Origin: Candidatus Latescibacterota bacterium
GTDB lineage: Bacteria > Latescibacterota > UBA2968
NCBI GenBank assembly: GCA_965242535.1
Contig: OZ251458.1
Span: 4,555,203-4,619,202, forward strand
Reading direction: 5' to 3'
DNA: 64,000 nucleotides
The translations under genes were made by a program, and so were the position numbers. The notes beneath the pieces were generated by a model. It ran no database searches, was not told the DNA's origin, and worked only from the letters and a program-made list of their open reading frames with translations. Every line of letters starts with the position of its first letter. Position 1 is the stretch's first letter. Positions 8,865 to 17,500 of this stretch are shown here, one piece after another.

Positions 8865-9260
8865 TCTGTAAATTAAATTATTCTCAATTTTGAGACGCAC
8901 AAACCAGCACCTGCCTGGCTCACTTTTCTAAAACGTTTGGTCCGAAAGCATCGTGGGTTGCCTTCGATGCCTTCGGCGACCTACTTTTTTTCAACAGCAA
9001 AAAAAAGTAGGCAAAAAATGCCGCTCTCATGCGCCGAGGGGCTAGGCACAGCGCAAAGCACTTTTGTAATCGCACGATATGCGCCAGCCTGCAAGGTGGG
9101 TAAAAAAAAGAAGTGCGTTGCGAGACGGACTTACGCGCTGCGCCCGATGGCTTTCGGTAAGGGACTTTTGGGATGGCATGTTGGGCGATGGCTTAATTGA
9201 CGTACGGCATCACATCCGTCACGCTCTTGAAAAATGAAATTCATAATTATTTAATTTACA
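8865..9260 (+). mobile_element. MITE-like non-coding repeat, copy 1 (~390 bp) with terminal inverted repeats CTGTAAATTAAAT...
   Basis: Left end CTGTAAATTAAATTATTCTCAATTTTGAG (8868-); right end is the reverse complement CTGTAAATTAAATAATTATGAATTTCAT (-9254). The core 8921-9245 is about 85-90% identical to the reverse complement of 56140-56485. Internal hairpins GCCTACTTTTTTTT/AAAAAAAAGTAGGC and CCGAAAGCATCG/CGATGCCTTCGG. Confidence 0.65.
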
Positions 9261-9269
9261 GAATAATCA

Positions 9270-9291
9270 GAGAAAGGGGCGTAAAATTTTA
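9270..9291. promoter_or_regulatory. Perfect 22-bp palindrome GGGGCGTAAAATTTTACGCCCC upstream of the FRG-TPR gene
   Basis: 11-bp arms, no loop, 79 bp upstream of ATG 9370. Could be a bidirectional terminator or an operator. Confidence 0.5.
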
Positions 9292-9369
9292 CGCCCCAAA
9301 CCGTCATCCGAAGAAAATTTACCACGCTATCGCCCTATCACGGCATTGATGCAGAAAGGAGATTTCTCA

Positions 9370-11166
9370 ATGAGTACCACGACAAAAGTGGCGTTTGATG
9401 ATCAAACGTATCTGGAGGAAATTCCCATCGGCACTGTCGCCGAGTTTCACGAACAACTGGGAAACCTCGGGACAAAAGACGAGACGACCTTTTTGTATCG
9501 AGGCCAATCCGATGTCGAGTGGGCGGTCGATTGTTCGGCGGTTAGACGCTTGACCAACTCCTCTGCGAACCCGGTGGATGACCAACTGATGAACTTTCTC
9601 CTCGTAAGCTACATGGAGTTTCTCATCGCCAACGCCAAAACGCGCGATTTGATTCCCCCCGGACTCGGCGAAAAGTCCACCGACTTGGAATTTTTGGCCC
9701 AATTGCAACATCAGGGGGCCGCAACCGGGCTGATCGATTTTACCCGCCGACCACTGGTCGCGCTGTGGTTTGCCTGCAAAGCGACCCGTGAAGAGGACCG
9801 CAAAGCAGATGGCGCTGTCCATGTCCTTTCTCGTTCTGAAACGCAGGCGGTAAGCAAACGCGACTTTGAGGATAAGGCGATACGAGATTTTTACAATAAG
9901 GATAAATTGCGGTTGTGGGAACCTTCGGCTATCGGGCAGCGCACCGTGGCGCAAGGCTCTGTTTTTGTCTTTGGCGTTCCGCGGATTTATCCAACTCAAA
10001 TGAAACGACTGATCGTTCAGGCGGACGGGAAAGACGGCATTCTCAAAGAACTGGAGACCCTGTACGGCATCGACGAGGAAGAATTATTTGCCGATTTCTC
10101 GGGGTATGCCGCCGCCCACGCATCCATCAGAATCTTTGATGTCACCCGCACTTATGCCGAAGCCCATAACACGCGCGGCGTTGTTCACAACGAAAAAGGC
10201 GAATTTGACCTTGCGATGACAGACTTCAATAAAGCCATAGAACTCGACCCGGATTTTGCCAAGGCGTATATCAATCGCGGCGCGATTTACATCGAAAAAG
10301 GCGCGTTTGACCTCGCGATACCAGACTTCAATAAGGCGATAGAACTCGACCCGGATGATGTCGCTGCGTATAGCAATCGCGGCACGGCTTACGCAAACAC
10401 AGGCAGATTCGACCTCGCGGTCCAAGACCTCCATAAAGCCGTAGAACTGAAACCGGATGATGCCAATGAGTATGCCAGCCGCGGCACGGCTTACATCGGC
10501 ACAGGCGAATTCGACCTCGCGATCCGAGACCTCGATAAAGCCATAGAACTCGACCCAAATTTTGCCAAAGCCCATTTCATGCGCGGCAGTACTCACATGA
10601 AAAAAGGCGACCCCGACCTCGCGATCCGAGACCTCGATAAAGCCATAGCACTCGACCCGGATGATGCCATTTCGTATGCCAATCGCGGCTTTGCCCACGT
10701 CAAAAAAGGCGAACTCGACCTCGCGATCCAAGACTTCGATAAAGCCATAGAGCTCAACCCGAGTGATGCCAATGCGTATAACAGTCGCGGCGTTGTTCAC
10801 ATCAACAAAGGCGAACCCGACCTCGCGATCCGAGACCTCGATAAAGCCATAGCACTCGACCCAAATTTTGCCGAAGCCCATTACATTCGGGGCATGGTTC
10901 ACAGGGCCAAAGGGGACCTTGAACAGGCCGCACAAGACTTCGGTAAGGCCATAGAACTCAACCCAGATGCCGTTGCCTATTACAATCGGGGCCGCACTTG
11001 GTTGCTTTTGGGCGAATGGGAAAGGGCCAAAGCAGACTTGACCGCCGTCAAAAACATGGGAACGGATATCGCCGGTTTATTCCGTACCGACCACGAGAGC
11101 GTCGCGGAGTTCGAGCGGAGATATAATATTCGTTTGCCAGCCGACATCGCGGTCATGTTGACGTGA
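9370..11166 (+). CDS. FRG-domain protein fused to an ~8-unit TPR array
   Basis: N-terminus has TFLYRGQSDVEWAV and LQHQGAATGLIDFTRRPLVALWFA (FRG-domain-like, from memory of PF08867). C-terminus has repeated F(D/N)KAIELDP...Y.NRG TPR units. AGGAG SD lies 9 nt before ATG 9370 (the track starts the ORF at 9346). Confidence 0.75.
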   Translation: MSTTTKVAFDDQTYLEEIPIGTVAEFHEQLGNLGTKDETTFLYRGQSDVEWAVDCSAVRRLTNSSANPVDDQLMNFLLVSYMEFLIANAKTRDLIPPGLGEKSTDLEFLAQLQHQGAATGLIDFTRRPLVALWFACKATREEDRKADGAVHVLSRSETQAVSKRDFEDKAIRDFYNKDKLRLWEPSAIGQRTVAQGSVFVFGVPRIYPTQMKRLIVQADGKDGILKELETLYGIDEEELFADFSGYAAAHASIRIFDVTRTYAEAHNTRGVVHNEKGEFDLAMTDFNKAIELDPDFAKAYINRGAIYIEKGAFDLAIPDFNKAIELDPDDVAAYSNRGTAYANTGRFDLAVQDLHKAVELKPDDANEYASRGTAYIGTGEFDLAIRDLDKAIELDPNFAKAHFMRGSTHMKKGDPDLAIRDLDKAIALDPDDAISYANRGFAHVKKGELDLAIQDFDKAIELNPSDANAYNSRGVVHINKGEPDLAIRDLDKAIALDPNFAEAHYIRGMVHRAKGDLEQAAQDFGKAIELNPDAVAYYNRGRTWLLLGEWERAKADLTAVKNMGTDIAGLFRTDHESVAEFERRYNIRLPADIAVMLT

Positions 11167-11169
11167 TGG

Positions 11170-11900
11170 TAAGTGTCTGAATCGCGGATTACACGGATTA
11201 CGCAGATTAAAAGCGGATTGGGTTGGCAGGTGGGGCAGAGGACGCAGATGACACAGACGCCGCAAGTGGGGCAAAGGACACTGGTTGAACAGCGTAAGTG
11301 GGGCGAAGGGTGCGGGTAAGTGTCTGAATCGCGGATTAAACGGATTACGCAGATTAAAGGCGGATTGGGTTGGCAGGTGGGGCGAAGGCGTGTAGCAGAT
11401 ACAGACGCTGTAGGTGGGGCAAAGGACACTGGTTGAACAGCGCAGGTGGGGCGGAGGGTGCGGGTAAGTGTCTGAATCGCGGATTAAACGGATTACGCAG
11501 ATTAAAGGCGGATTGGGTTGGCAGGTGGGGCAGAGGACGCAGATGACACAGACGCCGCAAGTGGGGCAAAGGACACTGGTTGAACAGCGCAGGTGGGGCA
11601 GAGGAAGTGGGTAAGTGTCTGAATCGCGGATTAAACAGATTACGCAGATTAAAGGCGGATTGGGTTGGCAGATAGGGCAAAGGCGTGTAGCAGATACAAA
11701 CGCTGTAAGTGGGGCAGAGGATGTGGATTGGGGAGCGTAAGTGGGGCAGAGGAAGTGGGTAAGTGTCTGAATCGCGGATTAAACGAATGACGCAGAGGAC
11801 GCGGATTGGGAGCGCAGGTGGGGCGGAGAGAGTAGCAAGTATAAACGTCGTAAGTGGGGCAGTGGATGTGGATTGGGGAGCGTAGGTAGGGCGCTGTCTC
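11170..11900. repeat. Higher-order tandem repeat: 5 units of ~147 bp (GTAAGTGTCTGAATCGCGGATTAAACGGATTACGCAGATTAAAGGCGGATTGGGTTGGCAGGTGGGGC...)
   Basis: Unit starts at 11170, 11316, 11464, 11611 and 11759. Units 1/3 and 2/4 are pairwise most similar (dimer period ~295 bp). Internal sub-repeat GTGGGGCARAGGA. The last unit decays toward 11900. Confidence 0.9.
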
Positions 11901-12057
11901 GAATGGCGCGGTCCGCCAGCATGGTCAAGCCCTCGGCTTCGACTTTGAGAATCTCTTCGCCCTCAAATTCGCCCGTTGAAACCCCATCGGCCGTCAGCAA
12001 CTGATAGGGCGTTTCATCTTCGCCGAGCGCGATCATTTCGCGGTGTCGATAGTCCAT
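11779..12057 (-). CDS. Hypothetical small acidic protein (C-terminal tail read from the tandem repeat)
   Basis: ORF 29 bp downstream of the sialidase stop. The first ~55 aa (MDYRHREMIALGEDETPYQLLTADGVSTGEFEGEEILKVEAEGL) look protein-like; the tail is repeat-derived. Confidence 0.25.
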   Translation of the reverse strand: MDYRHREMIALGEDETPYQLLTADGVSTGEFEGEEILKVEAEGLTMLADRAIRDSALPTLPNPHPLPHLRRLYLLLSPPHLRSQSASSASFV

Positions 12058-12085
12058 GGCGTCCTTTCTTTGGGTTGTGCGATCC

Positions 12086-13174
12086 CTATTCCGTCAGCCA
12101 CGCGAGGTCAAAGCGGGCCACGGTGACGTATCGCGTGTCGTTTTGCCGCGTGAAAAATTGATTTTCGTAAATACAGCATATCGCGCCCTCGGCTGTTTGG
12201 GCGAGGTCCGAATAACTCGACGGGCCCGGTTCGAGAATTTTGGAGACCGGCCAGGTGCGGCAATCGTCCGCGCTCATTTTAACGCTGAGGCGTTTGCGGT
12301 CGCGCGCCACGCTGCCGGGCCGGGTCCATTCGCGTTCGAGATTGTCCGGATTGGCAAAGAGGATGTTGCCATCGCGCAATTTGAGGATGCTGCCCATGCA
12401 CACGGGTTCGAGCAGGGCATCGTCAAATTCGAGCTTTGACCAACGGGTCGCGCCATCGGGGCTGGTGGCGATGAGGCGGCGGTGGCGTTTGGATTCCGTG
12501 CGGATGTTGAACAAAACGCGCCCGTTGCCGAGTTCGACCGGGAGCGTCTCGCTCGGGTTGATGTACTCGCCTTCTGTCCGCACGACCATGTCGCCGCGTT
12601 GCCATGTCTGTGCGTGGTCGTCGCTGTAGATCCCCGCGACTGCGGAGGGCCGATGCCCGAGTTTGCCCGCGCCAAATTCCGTGCCGCTGCCATCCGACAT
12701 CCACAAAGGCACGATGAGGCGGCCGTTTTGGAGTTGGATGCCGTGCCCGGGGCCGGTGGCCATGACGCGCCATGGGTACTGTTCGCGGAAGGGGATGAAC
12801 ACATCTGTCATTTCAGCCGGGTCGGACCAACGAACGCCATCGTCTTTGCTGCACATATAAAAAACGCGGGCGTAGTTGTGGCAAAAAAGGGCGTGAACCG
12901 CGCCGTCTTTTCGGTCGGAGATCATGACGAAATTGCTGATCGGACCTTCGCCGTACCTGTCGCAACGGACAACGACTCGAAGGGCCTCCCAAGTCCGCCC
13001 GCCATCCGCGCTGCGCCTCATCACCACGTCATTGCCATCCCAATCCCCGCCCCTGCCGCGCCTGGCCTCGGCTGTAGCGAGCAGGACGCCGTTTTGCGTA
13101 CACAAAATACCCGGTACGCGATAGGTGTGATACCCGTGCGTGCGGCCCTCGAAGAGGTGGGTTTTGTCGATCAT
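12086..13174 (-). CDS. Exo-alpha-sialidase (GH33, BNR-repeat neuraminidase family)
   Basis: YRVPG (RIP-like) motif plus five Asp-box SxDxGxTW repeats: SADGGRTW, SKDDGVRW, SDDHAQTW, SPDGATRW, SADDCRTW. Confidence 0.8.
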   Translation of the reverse strand: MIDKTHLFEGRTHGYHTYRVPGILCTQNGVLLATAEARRGRGGDWDGNDVVMRRSADGGRTWEALRVVVRCDRYGEGPISNFVMISDRKDGAVHALFCHNYARVFYMCSKDDGVRWSDPAEMTDVFIPFREQYPWRVMATGPGHGIQLQNGRLIVPLWMSDGSGTEFGAGKLGHRPSAVAGIYSDDHAQTWQRGDMVVRTEGEYINPSETLPVELGNGRVLFNIRTESKRHRRLIATSPDGATRWSKLEFDDALLEPVCMGSILKLRDGNILFANPDNLEREWTRPGSVARDRKRLSVKMSADDCRTWPVSKILEPGPSSYSDLAQTAEGAICCIYENQFFTRQNDTRYVTVARFDLAWLTE

Positions 13175-13267
13175 GTGACGCTCCTTTTGTCGCGCATCGT
13201 CCTTATATTATAGCACAACGAAACGATGGTGCAAGAAAAAGTACGAAAATGAAAGTGGGGTTTCACC

Positions 13268-13513
13268 ATGACGGAAAGAGAATGTCTCGACCGAATTACA
13301 GTCGATCCCAAAATTTTTGGCGGCAAGCCAATTATTCGGGGACGCCGTCTCGCTGTCGAGCATATCTTGGGCATGCTCGCCGCAGGGGATACGCCCGATG
13401 CGATTTTGAAAGGCTATCCCTGGTTAGAGCCTGAAGATATCCAAGCGTGTTTGTTCTACGCATACCGCATCGTCGGACGCGAACGCATTGAACCTCGGAT
13501 CGTTCAAGCATGA
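13268..13513 (+). CDS. DUF433-family protein (antitoxin-like)
   Basis: PKIFGGKPIIRGRRLAVEHIL is the hallmark of DUF433, 81 aa. Confidence 0.8.
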   Translation: MTERECLDRITVDPKIFGGKPIIRGRRLAVEHILGMLAAGDTPDAILKGYPWLEPEDIQACLFYAYRIVGRERIEPRIVQA

Positions 13514-13599
13514 AAGTGTTGATCGATCCAGAATGGGAAACAATGGAGAGAGGTCATGAAAAATTTCGCAATCCCCAAAGACGCCGAGGCGCGGTTTGA
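13510..13599 (+). pseudogene. 29-codon remnant ORF overlapping the DUF433 stop (ATGA); possible relic of the partner PIN-like/DUF5615 toxin
   Basis: MKVLIDPEWETME... resembles the MK(F/V)LIDENL start of DUF433 partner toxins but stops after 29 codons. ATGA coupling to the upstream gene is preserved. Confidence 0.3.
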
Positions 13600-14383
13600 G
13601 AAACGCGGGTATTTTGTCGTTCGGCAGATTATCGACGCGGATGCGGTGCGTGCGGTGCGGGATGAACTCGCGCGGATCATCGCCGAGGACGCGCCTGGGT
13701 TCGGGCTGGACAGGAGCCGCGTCGATGGCACGGCATTGGACGGCGCAGATGCGGTGCGCGCCGTGGGAGATCGCAATTTTTTGAGCGACGTGCTTTGGAA
13801 CAACTGGTTGACCGCAGAGCGCGTTTTGGCCCTCCAGCGGCGGTTTTTGGGGGACGACGTTCGGATTCAGGGCACGCGGTTTTTCACCAAACCCGCGCAG
13901 GTGGGCGAAAGCACGCCTTGGCATCAGGATATCTGGCTGTGGGCGAGAAACCCCCGCGATAGCACGCGCAAACACAAAACGCGCCACCTGAGTTGCTGGG
14001 TGGCGTTGGACGATGTGGATCTGGAAAATGGATGCTTGCACCTGGCGCCGGGCAGTCACGAGGGCGAGATCGTCGAACACGTCAAATACGCGGATGGCGT
14101 CCACGGGGAAATCCCACGCGACAGGGTCGCCGAGATCGCGGTCAAACCCGTTCCCCTGCACGCGGGCGACGCGGTGGTCTGGCACGCGAAAATGTGGCAC
14201 ATGAGTCCGGCCAACCCGAGCGAGCGCACGCGCTGGGGCGGCGTGATGGTGACCATGCCCGCGGAAATGGCCGCAGGCGCGGGTCAAGCCGACCGCCCCT
14301 TCCTCATCGCAGACGGCAAGGCGTGTGAGCGGCCTAGGATTTCCAAAAAAAATGACTATCGCCCTCCACTGCGCCCCCGCTGA
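13556..14383 (+). CDS. Phytanoyl-CoA dioxygenase (PhyH) family Fe(II)/2OG oxygenase
   Basis: PWHQDIWLW ... WHMSPAN pattern of the PhyH family, 275 aa. Confidence 0.8.
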   Translation: MKNFAIPKDAEARFEKRGYFVVRQIIDADAVRAVRDELARIIAEDAPGFGLDRSRVDGTALDGADAVRAVGDRNFLSDVLWNNWLTAERVLALQRRFLGDDVRIQGTRFFTKPAQVGESTPWHQDIWLWARNPRDSTRKHKTRHLSCWVALDDVDLENGCLHLAPGSHEGEIVEHVKYADGVHGEIPRDRVAEIAVKPVPLHAGDAVVWHAKMWHMSPANPSERTRWGGVMVTMPAEMAAGAGQADRPFLIADGKACERPRISKKNDYRPPLRPR

Positions 14384-14518
14384 CCCCTATGCCTTTGCAT
14401 TGAACCGGTTGTCTTTTTCTACCTGCTAATTTCCGCTTGATATGCTTAATTTTTTATTTTTCGTTTTCCCCAACGGGCGTATCATCAGCAGTATAATCTT
14501 CCTTAAAAGGAGTTCATC

Positions 14519-17500
14519 ATGACCTATCGCTCTTTTCCTCATCTTCTTACGATCCTCGCCCTGATCCTTATCTGCGGCGAATCCGCCGCGCAGAATACCG
14601 CTTCAAGCGATGCAGATCTGAGCGGCCTGACGCTCTCTTCCGGGACGCTGGCTCCGGCCTTCGCCCGCGATTCTCTCTCCTACACCGCGACAGTGGCGAA
14701 CAGCGTGCCGAGTCTGACCGTCACGCCGACGAGCAACCACGACGGCGCCGCGATCACGATAAACGGCGCCTCGGTATTGCGCGACTCGATCAACCGCGCC
14801 ATTTCCCTCAATGTGGGCGAAAATGCCATTGCCATTGTAGTCACCGCAGAAGATGGGACCACGACGAAAACCTACACAATGACCGTTACGCGAGGCGTGA
14901 ACATCCCCGACGCCAACTTGCGTGCTGGTATTGAGCAAGCACTGAAAAAATCAAGCGGTGCGATAATTACCCCAAGTGAGATGGCGACTTTAACCTCCCT
15001 TGATCTGTACAGAAGTAATATCAGGACATTGACCGGGCTGGAGTATGCAACCAACCTGACCAATCTCTACCTGATCAATCTAGGTGTTTCCGGCAACAGG
15101 ATCTCGGATATTTCGGCCCTTTCGGGCTTAACTAAACTGGAGGAGCTGGATCTTTCCTACAACGACATCTCGGATATTTCGGCCCTTTCGGGCTTAACTC
15201 ACCTGTCCTATCTAGATCTTAGCATCAACAGGATCTCGGATATTTCGGTACTTTCGGGCTTAACTCACCTGGACCAGCTGGCTCTTGGGAACAACAGGAT
15301 CTCGGATATTTCGGTACTTTCGGGCTTAACTAAACTGGACGATCTGAGGCTTTCCTCCAACAGGATCTCGGATATTTCGGTACTTTCGGGCTTAACTAAA
15401 CTGGACGATCTGGATCTTTCCTCCAACGACATCTCGGATATTTCGGTACTTTCGGGCTTAACCAACCTGGACCATCTGTGGCTTAACAAAAACAGCATCT
15501 CGGATATTTCGGTACTTTCGGGCTTAACTAAACTGCGCCTGCTGCATCTTTCTCGCAACAGCATCTCGGATATTTCGGCCCTTTCGGGCTTAACTAAACT
15601 GGAGGAGCTGGATCTTTCCTACAACAACATCTCGGATATTTCGGCCCTTTCGGGCTTAAGATTAAGCATAATGTTAGACGATTTTGTCGGTGTGGGGGGC
15701 TATTTGTGGCTTCACTCCAACCGCTTGAGCTATCCTTCCCTCACGACCCATATCCCCGCCCTTGAGGCTCGAGGCGTTGATGTATCCTATGACGCCCGCA
15801 CCTTGACCAGCTTGGTAAAGATATCCGGCGATGACCAGACCGGCACTGCGGGTTCTCGTCTGTCCGATCCGCTCATCGTCGAGGTGCAAGATCAGAACAA
15901 TCGCGCCTTTGCCGGCGTCCCGGTCGCTTTTTCGATTGCGGCAGGTGGCGGAGTGCTCAGTACTACAACGGACTCGACCGATGCCAATGGCCGTGCCTCG
16001 ACGACATTGACGCTAGGGGTTGCGGGCGCGAATACGGTTTTGGCGGCTATCGACGTCTCGGACATCGACAAGTCCGCGACCTTCACCGCCACGGCAACGG
16101 GAGGGACAGCCGACACCGCAAGCGCGGCGATTTCATCCACAGTTCCGGATCCGCTGACCGTGGGAAATCTCGACGGGGCAAAAGTCAATATCACCTTGAC
16201 CGGTGCCACCTACAACGAGACGCTTGCCGTTGACCACTTTGCATTGCCCACCGCGCCTGCGGGAGTGAGCATCCGTGGCACACCCGTCAGAACATCCGAC
16301 ACAGTCGCCCAACTGACGCTCGCTTATCCCGGGCTCGGGCTTACAGCGAATCAGAGCTTGCGCGTGACCGTAAAGGCCGCGGGGCATTCCGGCGACGGGG
16401 ACTTGACGACGGGCGCGATCACCGTGACGCCCGCGCAGGTGACGGGGCCGGTTGCGGTGGTGACGGAACCGGGTCAAGTAGCGGGGGTAACCGTCACGCC
16501 CGGCGTGGGATATTTGGCCGTGTCCTGGGATGTGGTGAGCGGGGCGACCGGTTACAAAGTGCAGTGGAAATCCGGGGATGAGTTGTACGCATCCGAGCGT
16601 CAGCAGGTCATCGGCAACGGGGACAAGACGAGTTCGACGATTACCGGTCTGACCGCTGGTACGGAATACACGGTGCGCGTCATCGCCACTCTGACCAACG
16701 CCGATGAAGGCCCGCCCTCGGTGGGTGTGACAGGGACGCCGGTTGCCACGACTCAGCAACCACAACCACCACAGCAACCACAACCACCACAGCAACCACA
16801 ACCACCACAGCAACCACAACCACCGCCTGCCGCAGATTTACAGCCCTCTTTCGGCGATTCGACTGTAACCGCGCAACGCTATCAACGAGGCACGACCATT
16901 GTATCGCTGACGCTTCCCACAGCAACCGGTGGCGATGGCGCGTTGACTTACGCTCTGACGCCTGAACTGCCTTCGGACCTGACGTTTGAAGCGACAACGC
17001 GCATGCTGTCCGGCACGCCGCGCGAGGCGATGGGTGAAACCACGTACACGCTGACCGCAACCGATGAAGATGGCGATGCGGCGAGGCTGACTTTCACCCT
17101 CGCGGTAGTCGCGACAGATTTGACGCCCTCCTTCGGCGATTCAACCGTGACCGCGCAACGCTATCGGATTGGGACAGCCATCCGCATCACCTTGCCACGG
17201 GCAACCGGTGGCGATGGCGCGTTGACTTATAGCCTGACGCCTGAACTGCCTTCGGAACTGACCTTTGATGCGACAACGCGCGTGCTGTCCGGCACGCCGC
17301 GCGAGGTGATGGCTGTAACCACGTACATGTTGACCGCAACCGATGAAGATGGCGATGTGGCGATGCTAACTTTCGCGCTCTCAGTCGCATCGGACAGACT
17401 GCCTTCCTTTGGCGATTCGACTGTGACCGCGCAACGCTATCAACAAGGCACGACCATTGCACCGCTGACGCTTCCCACAGCAACCGGTGGCGATGGGTCA

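Noticed and set aside
8937-9200. 87-aa ORF inside the MITE-like repeat (and its counterpart 56300..56518 -) as a conserved small protein
   Set aside because: The two copies share the N-terminal peptide but diverge by a frameshift (1-nt indel) and a 27-nt insertion. The reading frame is therefore not under selection.
11170-11900. Tandem array considered as a CRISPR locus
   Set aside because: The whole ~147-bp unit repeats, including the would-be spacer portion. There are no short conserved repeats separated by unique spacers, and no cas genes nearby.
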